Counted from the first letter of the stretch, positions 54,677 to 64,000 are shown. The stretch: DNA of 64,000 bases from an uncultured Bifidobacteriaceae bacterium (GCA_964505975.1 CAZDLW010000001.1:25576-89575), one strand, 5' to 3'. Notes: generated by a model from the sequence alone, not told the origin. Numbers and translations: made by a program.

Positions 54677-55924
54677 TTACCGTGCGACGCCGGAGTCCCT
54701 CAGTGACTCCAGTCTGCCGAGATCGAGGCCGGCCACGGCAGATCGCAGATCGTCCAGCTCAATCCCGTGGCCCTTGGCGCTCACCAGGAAGCGTTCACCC
54801 AGCACGATGGCGAATTCGTGTTCGCCGCCGGCCTTCGAGATCTTCTCGTGCACCAGGCGGTCGCCTACTTTCCGTGTGCGCTCGGAACTGTACTCGTCTT
54901 CCCGTTCGCCCTGGATGCCCGCCCAGCTCGCCAACCCGACGAGGCCACTGACGCCGCCGCTGTCCACGACTTCCAACGTCACGGTCCGGTTCGCCCCGTC
55001 ACCGTACGTGGCCCCCGCTCGGGCGATCATCAATCCCGTAATTCCCGTCCTCTCTGCGTTCTGACTCGTTCTCGGCAATCGTGCGAACGTCTCCGGCACG
55101 AATGCGCGAATCTCGTCCAGCTGGAGTGGTTCGACTCGCCGGCCGCCGCCGAACAGCGCTCCAAGGCCTTCCATGGCTGCAGCGACCTGGCCGCCTGTAT
55201 CGCCGCTTCTCTCGGCAGCCTCCATCTTCGCCGCGCTCTCCTCGATGCTGCGCGACAGTTGTCCCAGCAGCCCCACTGGACCGGTCTGGCTGGTCGCGGT
55301 CGTCGAATCGCTCCCCTCGGCGACGGTGCGCAGTGCGGCCGCGCCGATGGCTCCGGTCCCGACGATGAGTCCTCCCATGACCGTTACGATGAACGATACG
55401 ACGATGGCGCAAATCACGACGACGGCCGCGTAGAGAGGCGCTTTCTCTTCAGGACATCGCATCAGTCTCGGAAGACCGAGGTACAGGAGATACACGCCGT
55501 ACAGCGCACCGAGCAGGGCGAGGACGCTCAGAGGTGGCAGGATCTGAAGGACTCCCGCGACCCAGGCCGGGGTGTACGAGTACACGGCCAGCTTCAGTGC
55601 CCGGGTGGGGTCCTTCTGGGCGTCGAAACTCGGCGCGAGGGCGTTGATGATGAGCGACAGGACGAACACGCCGACAATCGCCATGCAGACGGCAAAAATA
55701 GCGGCGGCAAGTCCAGCGACGATCGGCACGCGGTAAGTGCCGACGAACGGCAGCGTGTAGCCGACCAGGGAACCGCCGATGAGGCCTGCGACCGCCCCCA
55801 CGGCCGCAAGCGGCAGCGCGTAGCCTGTCAGCAGTCCGCCGGTGGAGGCGGGCTCGTCGGCGATGACGCCCCACTCGGTCTTCGGAGACAGGCAGATCCT
55901 CTTGACGCGTTCGATGATGTCCAT
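54677..55924 (-). CDS. Yip1-domain membrane protein fused to a C-terminal soluble domain of unknown function
   Basis: ATG 55924 is preceded by GGAGG. MDIIERVKRICLSPKTEWGVIADEP plus five TM segments fits the Yip1 family. The C-terminal ~200 aa are unrecognised. Confidence 0.7.
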   Translation of the reverse strand: MDIIERVKRICLSPKTEWGVIADEPASTGGLLTGYALPLAAVGAVAGLIGGSLVGYTLPFVGTYRVPIVAGLAAAIFAVCMAIVGVFVLSLIINALAPSFDAQKDPTRALKLAVYSYTPAWVAGVLQILPPLSVLALLGALYGVYLLYLGLPRLMRCPEEKAPLYAAVVVICAIVVSFIVTVMGGLIVGTGAIGAAALRTVAEGSDSTTATSQTGPVGLLGQLSRSIEESAAKMEAAERSGDTGGQVAAAMEGLGALFGGGRRVEPLQLDEIRAFVPETFARLPRTSQNAERTGITGLMIARAGATYGDGANRTVTLEVVDSGGVSGLVGLASWAGIQGEREDEYSSERTRKVGDRLVHEKISKAGGEHEFAIVLGERFLVSAKGHGIELDDLRSAVAGLDLGRLESLRDSGVAR

Positions 55925-56028
55925 GGCTCGACCTCCACGACCTAGAGATTCTCGGCCGCTCGCCGCTGGCAGGACGAGGCGCGCATGGTAGCACAGCAGA
56001 GCTCGGCGCACGTATCGTCAGACGTTGC

Positions 56029-59000
56029 TCAGTCCCCGTCGAGCGTATCGTCCCGGTCCACCTCCGATGCCGCGCTATCGGGGTCCACATCGCGACTCGT
56101 GGCCCCATCGGATCCCGCGGCATCGTCTCGTCGGACCCGTTCTGGGGTCTCCTCCGGGTGTTCAGAGCTCCGATTGGCAGCCGTGGGTTCGACTCCCGGC
56201 GTGTCCTCGGGCCCTGCCATGTCGTCACCCGCGCGCGTCGGTGTCCGATTCGCCCCTGTCTGTTTCGTGTCCATTGACGTGCCTCCATGGCCTGGCGGCA
56301 ACGGGTCGACACTCGTGCCCGTGGCCGCTTCGATCTCCTGTACTCCCCGGTAACCAGTAGGGCGTATCCGTTCGGTCCGAAGCTGCAGGCCCATCGCGGT
56401 TCTTGCGAATCCGGCTTCGACGAAGACCGGCGCCGCGGGATGTTGCGTGGCCGGATGCGCGTTGATCGCGCTGATGAGCAGGCCCCGGCGCCCTTCCTCA
56501 CGCGTTGACGCGAACCGGATGAGACAGCGCGCGAGCGCGTCGATCATGCGGGACCAGAGCGGGTTGTCGCGGGACACGAAGAGCAGCAGGTCGCGCTCGT
56601 TGCGCCGGAGATAGCCGGCTGCGAATCCGCTCACCAGGATCGCCACCGCACCCGCGATCCGTGTCGGCCCGCGCCCGGGCGTCTCCGGGCGGGCCCCCGC
56701 CGACTCACCTCGATCGTCGGTGCGGCCCCCCGACTCGGACAGGAGTTCGGGCCACGGCACAATCGAACCATAGGGGTTTGCCGGATCCGTGGCTGCAAGG
56801 GCCACGGCCGTCAGCGTGTCTGGCGCATCGCGCAGCGACCGGATCGACTCCAGGGCCCCACCCATTGCGAATTGAGCAGCGCCCAGGCCCGCGACGAAAT
56901 AGCCCCGCTGGATGCGTCCAGCGTGTTCCATGGCTGTGAGCACAGGGTAGATGGCCGCGAAGCCGCCGGGGATGGCCTCGGCCAACGCCGCTTCCCGGGT
57001 CACGATGCCATATCGTCTCAGAAGCTGTCGCGCCACTGCCGCGCCCCATTCCGTGACACTTCGCCGATGGGTGATTGCGGAGTCGAGCAGGGACCAGCGT
57101 CCCGTGGCTGTCGGCGGAACGGCCGGGCGGGCGTGCTGCGATATCCCCCGGCGGCGGCGATCGTGAGCCCGGTCGACATCCACATAGGCGCGCAGGGGGT
57201 GCAGGGTGTCGTTGGTGACCACCCCCTGCCAGACGAGATCCCATAGGGCATCGACGGTGTCCTGGGGGAACCCGCCCCCGGTTCCGTGATGAATGGGGGC
57301 GAAGAACGACGCCCCGTGGCGCTGCAAGTAGGCGCGGACGTGGGCCGCCCGGTCTGTCATGACGGCCTCCGACTCTGGCGGGGAACCCGCCGGCCTGCCC
57401 ATCGTGACTGGCGCCCTCAGTTGATCCAGGTGTTCGGCCCGGTAGAGCACAATCCGGCCATCCTTGTCGCCGAGGCGCTCGACGCCGGCCCACACCACGA
57501 CTCCAGTGCCCATCAGCCCATCGAGCATCTCGCGGCGATAGCCGTGCACGCGCGCGGGGAGGATGTCGTCCTCGAGCATCGAGGCCGGGAGTGGTGCCCC
57601 CTGGAGCTGATCGATGGCGTCGAGCAGCGCATCGATGCCCTGTCTCGCAGCGCCGATCGCGTGCCAGCTCACCAGGAACCGGCCGAGTGCGTCCGCGTCT
57701 ACGGGCTCGATCTCCTCGCGCAATCGAGCCAGCGAGCGTCGTCGCAGCGTGTGGAGCACTCCTGGATCGACCCATTCCCGTTCGACGCCACGCGGGCGGA
57801 ACTCACCTTCCACCAGGCGGCCTTGTTCGACGAGCCGCCGAAGAAGGGCAATCGTGGCAGCACGCTCGAACCCGTATCGAGCCGCGAGATCCCCGGCGGC
57901 GAACGGCCCATGCGATCGGGCATAGCGGAGCACGATGTCTGCCGTCGCCTCGGGAACCGGGGCGAGAAACGCCTTCGGAAGTCCCGCTGGAAGGCGCACT
58001 GCGATCGCGTCGCGGTACCTGGCCGCGTCCTCCGCGGCGAGGTACCGCTCTCCGCCGCCAATGGTCAGCCGCAGGATGCGCTGTGCGCGCTCGAGATCCG
58101 CCGCCGCGGCGCGCGTGTCGGGCAAGGCGCTGCGCGCCTCGAGCTCGGCCGGCGACAGGTCCCCAATGCGCATTAGCAGATCGTGGAGGCCGTCGGCGGA
58201 TCGAACGCGGTAGCGCTCGTCGAGGTGTTGCAGCTGACGTTCGAGTGTGGCGAGGGCCTCGGGATTCAGCAGTTCCCGCAACTCGGCATCGCCAATGAGC
58301 TCACGAAGCTGGGCCTGATCGACCGACAGCGCCTGCGCACGCCGCTCGGCCAGCGGGGCATCGCCGTCATAGATGTAATTGGCGACGTAGCTGAAGAGCA
58401 GTGATGCGGCGAACGGTGACGGCCGTTGCGCGTCGGTAGCCGCAACGTGCACGGCGCCGTCCACCACGCGTCGCAGGATGTCGACGAGTCCTCGCATGTC
58501 GAAGTGATCGTGCAGGATCTCGCGATATGTTTCGAGCAGCACCGGAAACGAACCAAAGCGAGACGCCGCGGCGAGCAGGTCGGTTGCCCGCTTGCGCTGC
58601 TGCCACAGCGGGGTGCGGAGGCCGATGCGGCGGCGTGGCAGAAGCAAGGCGCGCGCCGCGGCTTCACGGAACCGCGCCGCGAAGAGTGCCGTGGCATGGA
58701 GCTGCCGCAGGACAAGCGCTTCGACGTTGTCCGGGTCGAGAAGCAGCCAGCCGGGATCCGGTGCCGTGTCCGTGCTTGGCACGCGCACGACGAACCCATC
58801 GTCGCCCCACAGGGCTTCCACGTCCAGGCCCGTGCGCTCCCGGATCTGTGCCGTGACCGCCATGGCCCATGGTGCGTGTACGCGGCTACCCAAGGGGGAG
58901 AGCAGACAGACGCGCCAGTCGCCGAGCTCGTCCCGGCATCGCTCGATCGCAACGGTGCGATCGTCGGGCACGGTGCCCGCGGCTGCCTGTTCGTCGAGGT

Positions 59001-61194
59001 AGCGCACCAGCATCTCGGCGGCGGCGGCAGTCAGATCGTGCCGGCGCCCGAGGCGATCGAGTGCTGCCGGGTAGGGCAACTCCCGCAGCTCGCGCACGAG
59101 CGCTCCAATCGCGAGACCCAGCTCGACGGACCGACCCGCCTGATCTCCGTGCCAGAAGGGCATCTTCCCTGGCTCTCCGGGTGCCGGCGAGACGAGCACC
59201 CGGTCGTGCGTGATCTTCTCGACGCGCCACGTCGAGGCTCCCAGAACGAAGGTCTCTCCGCGCCTGGTCTCGAAGACCATTTCTTCGTCGAGTTCACCCA
59301 CACGAACGGGACGCGTGGCGCCCGCGAGGAAGACACCATACAGTCCTCGGTCCGGAATGGTGCCCGCATTCGCGATGGCGACGTGTCTGGCTCCCGTTCG
59401 CGCGGCGATCGTGTGACGCAGACGGTCCCACGTGAGGCGTGGACGTAGCTCCGCGAACGCGTCCGAAGGGTAGCGGCCCGACAACATGTCCAGCACTCCC
59501 TCGAACATGCGCCGGCTCAGACTCGCGAACGGCGCTGCGCACCGGACCAGTGCAAAGAGGGTATCGACATGCCACGTGTCCATGGCGGCGATGGCGACAA
59601 GCTGCTGTGCGAGCACATCGAGCGGATTTCGTGGGTAACGCGTGGCTTCGACGGCACCGTCGTGCATCGCGCGCGCCAGGGCTGCGCAGGCAACCAGGTC
59701 CCCTCGGAATTTCGGAAACATGATTCCCGCACTCGTCTCGCCGACACGGTGACCCGCGCGGCCGATGCGTTGGAGTCCGCTCGCCACCGACGGCGGCGCT
59801 TCGACTTGCACCACCAGATCCACCGCACCCATGTCGATCCCGAGCTCCAGGGAAGATGTTGCGACGAGCGCCTTGAGCTGGCCCGTCTTCAACAGCTCTT
59901 CCACCTCCGCGCGCGTGTCCGGCGCCAGGGAGCCATGATGCGAGCGCACGAGCGTCTCACCCGCGAGCTCGTTGAGCGAGCCGGCCAGCCGCTCGGCCAG
60001 GCGACGGTTGTTCACGAAGAGCAGTGTGGAGCGATGCGAGCGGATCAGATCGAGCAGCCTGGGATGAAGCGAGGACCAGATCGACCGGGGCGCATCGGGC
60101 GCGCGACGGCCTCGCCGTGGACGGGCGGGGGGTGACGATCGAGGAATGGCGCCTGGGTCTCGTGCGAGGACCTCTGCGGGCACGTCGACGCACAGCGACA
60201 GCGGCTTGTCGTCTGATGCGTCGACGATCGTGACCGGCCGAAACCTCGCCCCGATGCCCTCGTCGCCGAACTCGGCGTGAATCCGGGCCGCCACGTGATC
60301 GAGCGGTTCCTTACCGCGTGGTGAATTCGCGCGTGAAGCCGCAGAGCGGTCCAGGGCGCCGCCGCCGGACGATCGTTGGCGGGGCGGCTGGATCTCGAGT
60401 CCGCCGAGGAAGCGTGCGACTTCCTCGAGGGGCCGCTGTGTGGCCGACAGTCCAATGCGCTGCAGGGGCCGGCGGGTGGAAGGCGCTGCAACATCGTCGG
60501 ATCTCGATCGTCCGTCCGGACGTTTCGGTCGACGCTGTCCGTCAGGGATGGAAGAAGACCTCCATGACGAGCGTAACCATCGTGGCGCGGGCGCCGGGCG
60601 ATCGAGGGAGGGAGGCGCCCCGGTTCGCAGCGCCTCGAGTCGTTCCAGCGACAGTGCCAGATGGGTGCCCCGCTTGCTCGCCGCCATCGCGTGGATCTCG
60701 TCGACGATGACCGTGTCCACCGCCGCGAGCCGTTGGCGTGCGTTCGACGTGAGCAACAGGTACAGCGACTCGGGAGTCGTAATCAGGATGTCGCCGGGCT
60801 CCCGCAGAAAGCGCGCACGATCGCGAGCCGGCGTATCGCCCGTTCTCATCGCAATGTCCGGTATCGTCACGGGGACGTTCCGGGTGTGCGCGAGGTCGGC
60901 AATGGCGGCCAGCGGACTTCGCAGGCTGCGTTCCACGTCCGCCGCCAGCGCCTTGAGTGGGGAGATGTACAGGACCCGGCAGCGCTCTCCCCGTGCCGGT
61001 GTCGGCTCGAAGAGCAGCCGATTGAGACACCAGAGAAAGGCTGCAAGCGTCTTTCCGGCACCCGTTGGTGCCAGGATCAGCGTCGATTCGCCACGCGCGA
61101 TTGCCGGCCAGCCCCGTAGCTGTGCCGTCGTGGGCCCGGGAAAGACGCCGGAGAACCACTCGCGCACGACTGGATGAAAGAGGGCGAGGCTCAC
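56029..61194 (-). CDS. lhr: Lhr-family large ATP-dependent DEAD/DEAH-box helicase
   Basis: GTG 61194 gives MSLALFHPVVREWF, a typical Lhr start. Motifs: Walker A APTGAGKT, VIVDEIHAM, SHHGSLA, TSSLELGID, QRIGRAGH. The long C-terminal domain is followed by an acidic disordered tail. Confidence 0.85.
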   Translation of the reverse strand: MSLALFHPVVREWFSGVFPGPTTAQLRGWPAIARGESTLILAPTGAGKTLAAFLWCLNRLLFEPTPARGERCRVLYISPLKALAADVERSLRSPLAAIADLAHTRNVPVTIPDIAMRTGDTPARDRARFLREPGDILITTPESLYLLLTSNARQRLAAVDTVIVDEIHAMAASKRGTHLALSLERLEALRTGAPPSLDRPAPAPRWLRSSWRSSSIPDGQRRPKRPDGRSRSDDVAAPSTRRPLQRIGLSATQRPLEEVARFLGGLEIQPPRQRSSGGGALDRSAASRANSPRGKEPLDHVAARIHAEFGDEGIGARFRPVTIVDASDDKPLSLCVDVPAEVLARDPGAIPRSSPPARPRRGRRAPDAPRSIWSSLHPRLLDLIRSHRSTLLFVNNRRLAERLAGSLNELAGETLVRSHHGSLAPDTRAEVEELLKTGQLKALVATSSLELGIDMGAVDLVVQVEAPPSVASGLQRIGRAGHRVGETSAGIMFPKFRGDLVACAALARAMHDGAVEATRYPRNPLDVLAQQLVAIAAMDTWHVDTLFALVRCAAPFASLSRRMFEGVLDMLSGRYPSDAFAELRPRLTWDRLRHTIAARTGARHVAIANAGTIPDRGLYGVFLAGATRPVRVGELDEEMVFETRRGETFVLGASTWRVEKITHDRVLVSPAPGEPGKMPFWHGDQAGRSVELGLAIGALVRELRELPYPAALDRLGRRHDLTAAAAEMLVRYLDEQAAAGTVPDDRTVAIERCRDELGDWRVCLLSPLGSRVHAPWAMAVTAQIRERTGLDVEALWGDDGFVVRVPSTDTAPDPGWLLLDPDNVEALVLRQLHATALFAARFREAAARALLLPRRRIGLRTPLWQQRKRATDLLAAASRFGSFPVLLETYREILHDHFDMRGLVDILRRVVDGAVHVAATDAQRPSPFAASLLFSYVANYIYDGDAPLAERRAQALSVDQAQLRELIGDAELRELLNPEALATLERQLQHLDERYRVRSADGLHDLLMRIGDLSPAELEARSALPDTRAAAADLERAQRILRLTIGGGERYLAAEDAARYRDAIAVRLPAGLPKAFLAPVPEATADIVLRYARSHGPFAAGDLAARYGFERAATIALLRRLVEQGRLVEGEFRPRGVEREWVDPGVLHTLRRRSLARLREEIEPVDADALGRFLVSWHAIGAARQGIDALLDAIDQLQGAPLPASMLEDDILPARVHGYRREMLDGLMGTGVVVWAGVERLGDKDGRIVLYRAEHLDQLRAPVTMGRPAGSPPESEAVMTDRAAHVRAYLQRHGASFFAPIHHGTGGGFPQDTVDALWDLVWQGVVTNDTLHPLRAYVDVDRAHDRRRRGISQHARPAVPPTATGRWSLLDSAITHRRSVTEWGAAVARQLLRRYGIVTREAALAEAIPGGFAAIYPVLTAMEHAGRIQRGYFVAGLGAAQFAMGGALESIRSLRDAPDTLTAVALAATDPANPYGSIVPWPELLSESGGRTDDRGESAGARPETPGRGPTRIAGAVAILVSGFAAGYLRRNERDLLLFVSRDNPLWSRMIDALARCLIRFASTREEGRRGLLISAINAHPATQHPAAPVFVEAGFARTAMGLQLRTERIRPTGYRGVQEIEAATGTSVDPLPPGHGGTSMDTKQTGANRTPTRAGDDMAGPEDTPGVEPTAANRSSEHPEETPERVRRDDAAGSDGATSRDVDPDSAASEVDRDDTLDGD

Positions 61195-61257
61195 TAACAG
61201 AAGTCTAACGAGGCTCCGCCTCGGACCGCCTTGCAAAGAACCATGCTGCCTTTGTCG

Positions 61258-61285
61258 TTGAGCAAGGGCTGTCGACTCGTATAAT
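61258..61285 (+). promoter_or_regulatory. sigma70-like promoter candidate
   Basis: TTGAGC (61258-61263), a 16-nt spacer, then TATAAT (61280-61285). The ATG at 61295 is only 9 nt downstream, so the mRNA would be near-leaderless. Confidence 0.4.
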
Positions 61286-61294
61286 CGAAGGAAC

Positions 61295-61555
61295 ATGGGT
61301 GACGCTGGAGAAGGCCTCGTCGACGCGGAATCCCGCCTCGCCGAGCGCATGGAAGAACGCGAACAAGAACGACGCGCTGCGCGCTTGAAAGGGAAGAGCA
61401 CCGATCCCGAGCGCGCGCGGCAGCTCGAATCGCTGCGACTCGCGAGGACCGAGATGGAGCGCCAGCTCGGGCTGGCGACGCAAGAAGCCCGGAAGCAGCA
61501 GCTGGGCCAGGCGATTGCGGAGATCGATCGCCGCATCGTCGAGTTGTCGAACTGA
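61295..61555 (+). CDS. Small charged coiled-coil hypothetical protein (86 aa)
   Basis: The ATG ORF has Glu/Arg-rich heptad-like sequence (AESRLAERMEEREQERRAARL...). It has a promoter-like motif upstream. No family recognised. Confidence 0.45.
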   Translation: MGDAGEGLVDAESRLAERMEEREQERRAARLKGKSTDPERARQLESLRLARTEMERQLGLATQEARKQQLGQAIAEIDRRIVELSN

Positions 61556-61666
61556 AACTGGCGGAGGGGTTCCGCCCGCCAGGCGCCACAGCCGAATCGA
61601 GTCGTCCACGCACCGGGTCACGACGGTGCTCGTGTCTCTGCACACACGCGAGGTGCCCGAGTCGTC

Positions 61667-63352
61667 GTGTTCGCCATCGACTATCACGAGGCCACCAAAC
61701 ACCACTTCAACCGGTTTGCCCGCTCGCTCGGCTACCTCGATTGGGCGACCCAGCCGGATCCGTTCAGGCGCTATGCCGGAGCGCCGCAGATCGAGCTGCC
61801 GCGGGCGCCGCTGGCCGCCACCGTGCCGTACGACGCCCTCTTCGAGGGTGCCGTGCCGCCAGCCCCCATCGATGAGAGAAGCGTCGGCGAATTCCTGCGC
61901 TGCTCGATGGGCTTGTCGGCCTGGAAGGAGTTCCGCGGCAGCCGCTGGGCGCTGCGCGTGAATCCCTCGAGCGGCAACCTCCACCCGACGGAGGCATACA
62001 TCATCTGGGACGGGCGCGTCTGTCACTACGCTCCTCGAGAGCATGCACTCGAGGAGCGGGCCGTTCTCGACTCCGCTGCGTGGTGCGCGTTCGCCGGCGA
62101 CGCCCCCGGATTCCTGGTCGCGCTCACGTCCGTGCACTGGCGTGAGGCGTGGAAGTACGGTGAGCGCGCGTTCCGGTATTGCCAGCACGACGTGGGTCAC
62201 GCGATCGGCGCTGTGCGCCTGGCCGCGGCGCTTCTCGGCTGGAAGCTGGCGCTCCTGACTCGCTGGTCCGATGTGCAGGTGACTGCGGTGCTCGGCCTCG
62301 ATCGCGCGGCCGACTTCGCGGGTGCCGAGCTCGAAGAAGCCGAATGCATTGCCGTCGTGACTCCCGGGGAGTGCGAAGCTTGGCGTGTCGCCGATCCAAT
62401 CGTGATGTCACGAGCTGCCGCCAGTGCGACGTGGTTCGGCAAGGCCAACGCCCTCAGTCCCAATCACGTCGAGTGGCCGATCATCGATCGTGTCGCGGCC
62501 GCGACACGATGCCCAGGGTCCGATCATCCCCAATCCCAGCGGGTTGCGGGCGTTCGTGCGCATCAGAGCGTCACTGTGCCCAGTAGCCCGGTGGACGCGT
62601 CCATGGCTCACGGACCGCTCGCGACCGGTCCTTCGTTTTCGACCCACGCTGTCCCATTGGGCGATGTGCGTCGCGGCGTCGGCGCGCGCGCGGTGATGCT
62701 CCAGCGTCGCAGTGCCGTTGCGTTCGATGCGCGTTCGACGTTGCGCAAGGAGTCGGTGCTGGCCATGCTCCAGCGGCTTCGGCCGGGTGGTCCTCCGTGG
62801 GACGCGATCGACTGGCCGCCGCACGTGCATCTCGTGCTCTTCGTCCATCGTGTGGACGGTCTCGCGCCGGGCATGTACGCGTTTCTACGAGATCCTGCCG
62901 TTCGCGGCGCGTGGGGTGAGGCGATGCGACCCGAGCTCCTGTGGGAACCGGTGGATGCGTCCGACGACCTGTTCCTGCTCGTTCCGGCGGACGTCACCTG
63001 GACGGCAAACCGTCTCTCCTGCGACCAGGACATTGCGTCCGACGGGTTCCTGAGTCTCGGGATGCTCGCGCGGTTCGAGGCGTCGCTCCGAGAGCGCGGC
63101 GAGTGGTTCTATCGCCAGCTCTTCTGGGAGTGCGGGCTCATCGGGCAGGTCCTGTATCTCGAGGCCGAGGCTGCTGGTGCGCGCAGCACCGGTATCGGGT
63201 GCTTCTACGACGATGCCGTGCACGAGGTCCTTGGCCTGACCGGACATGCGTGGCAGAGCTTGTATCACTTCTCGATGGGTGCTCCGGTCGAGGACACGCG
63301 GCTCTCGACCAGGCCGGGCTACGACTGGGAAGAGCCCGCTGTCCGCGCGTGA
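61667..63352 (+). CDS. SagB/ThcOx-type nitroreductase-family protein (two nitroreductase-like halves)
   Basis: GTG start. The N-terminus IDYHEATKHHFNRFARSLGYLDWATQPDPFRRY and the C-terminal GIGCFYDD motif match my memory of SagB-type dehydrogenase domain proteins. Confidence 0.7.
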   Translation: MFAIDYHEATKHHFNRFARSLGYLDWATQPDPFRRYAGAPQIELPRAPLAATVPYDALFEGAVPPAPIDERSVGEFLRCSMGLSAWKEFRGSRWALRVNPSSGNLHPTEAYIIWDGRVCHYAPREHALEERAVLDSAAWCAFAGDAPGFLVALTSVHWREAWKYGERAFRYCQHDVGHAIGAVRLAAALLGWKLALLTRWSDVQVTAVLGLDRAADFAGAELEEAECIAVVTPGECEAWRVADPIVMSRAAASATWFGKANALSPNHVEWPIIDRVAAATRCPGSDHPQSQRVAGVRAHQSVTVPSSPVDASMAHGPLATGPSFSTHAVPLGDVRRGVGARAVMLQRRSAVAFDARSTLRKESVLAMLQRLRPGGPPWDAIDWPPHVHLVLFVHRVDGLAPGMYAFLRDPAVRGAWGEAMRPELLWEPVDASDDLFLLVPADVTWTANRLSCDQDIASDGFLSLGMLARFEASLRERGEWFYRQLFWECGLIGQVLYLEAEAAGARSTGIGCFYDDAVHEVLGLTGHAWQSLYHFSMGAPVEDTRLSTRPGYDWEEPAVRA

Positions 63353-63674
63353 TGAACGCGTGAACGACTCCCGCCTGGAAGGCGGGGGGCTCAAACGTGG
63401 CACGTGGGACTGAAGCGGCCTGTGAAGAGATCGATCTTGGGCAGTGGCAGGTGCACGGCCCGGCATCGCCGAAGCAAACGTACCGGACGTCGCGTTGTAA
63501 CGCAGCGGATGGGGCGGTTGCGTTCATTGACGTTTCGGCGACGCTTCTATAGCATGAGCAGGTTTGGGAAACTCTTCACAAGCGTCTCGACAGGCGCTGG
63601 AGTTTCGAGCGGGCCTGGGGCCCGCATCGTCCGTCCCGGGTGAGTGATGTCACCGGGATCCAAGGCAGGACCGG

Positions 63675-64000
63675 ATGGATGGCTGGATTGGCATTCTGAT
63701 ATTGATGGGGTTAAGCGTCGGGCTGGCCAGTGTGATGGTCCTGGCCTCCAGCCTGCTGGGCCCACGCAACCCCACCCCGGAGAAACTGGCCCCCTATGAA
63801 TGCGGCATGCCCGCGGTTGGGGATGCCCGTGAGCGCCAGTCGGTCAAGTTCTATCTCGTGGCGATGATCTTCCTGCTCTTCGATATCGAGATCGCGTTCC
63901 TCTTCCCGTGGGCGCTCGCGCTGCGAAGCCTGGGTTGGTTTGGATTCGTGCAGGTAATCACGTTCTTCCTGATTCTCAGCGTCGGCTACATCTACGTCTG
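63675..64000 (+). CDS. nuoA: NADH-quinone oxidoreductase subunit A (3' end outside window)
   Basis: Hand translation from ATG 63675 gives MDGWIGILILMGLSVGLASVMVLASSLLGPRNPTPEKLAPYECGMP...KFYLVAMIFLLFDIEIAFLFPWA. This is a classic NuoA/ND3 sequence. The frame is open to the window end. Confidence 0.85.
   Translation, partial: MDGWIGILILMGLSVGLASVMVLASSLLGPRNPTPEKLAPYECGMPAVGDARERQSVKFYLVAMIFLLFDIEIAFLFPWALALRSLGWFGFVQVITFFLILSVGYIYV

Noticed and set aside
61195-61536. 114-codon N-terminal extension of the Lhr ORF in the six-frame track
   Set aside because: Lhr-like sequence begins at (V/M)SLALFHPVVREWF (GTG 61194). The extension is Arg/Ser-rich and overlaps the promoter and most of the opposite-strand small ORF.
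61295-63352. Small ORF + SagB-type protein considered as a thiazole/oxazole RiPP (TOMM) cluster
   Set aside because: There is no YcaO/cyclodehydratase or transporter nearby. The small ORF is a charged coiled coil without a Cys/Ser/Thr-rich core.

Overview
GC-rich bacterial chromosomal segment (roughly two-thirds G+C by eye, not computed). The gene content suggests an Acidobacteriota-like soil organism, which is an inference: a CarboxypepD_reg-type TonB receptor, a DUF1592/DUF1552 pair and many secreted M1/M20/M28 peptidases. I call 45 protein-coding genes and 2 pseudogenes. Most are metabolic or housekeeping: ftsH, transketolase, treY, lhr, yajQ, the start of nuoA, and an isocitrate-DH-family gene overlapping proline dehydrogenase. 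Seven are signalling or regulatory genes. I recognised no rRNA, tRNA, CRISPR array, transposase or integrase. The unusual content is as follows. (1) At 49.6-54.6 kb there is a reduced, rearranged gas-vesicle-protein (gvp) locus. It has two GvpA/J-family genes (the first split by a frameshift), a GvpL/F gene and a chimeric GvpG. A complete GAF/PAS histidine kinase plus CheY pair sits in the middle, and no gvpN/K/O is in the window. This is my best candidate for an undescribed system. (2) Four rod-like imperfect-palindrome elements of about 190-270 nt lie in intergenic spacers. Their helices are kept by compensatory changes, their outer closing helices differ completely between copies, and one copy is nested inside a different ~60-nt hairpin repeat. 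(3) A two-copy conserved element sits just 5' of two amino-acid-metabolism genes. (4) A 4-unit ~45-bp tandem repeat and a hairpin cluster lie in a ~880-nt non-coding gap. (5) There is a decayed PLD/cardiolipin-synthase remnant. Many long ORFs in the six-frame track are antisense artefacts of high GC. All family assignments come from motif recognition by eye; no searches were run.
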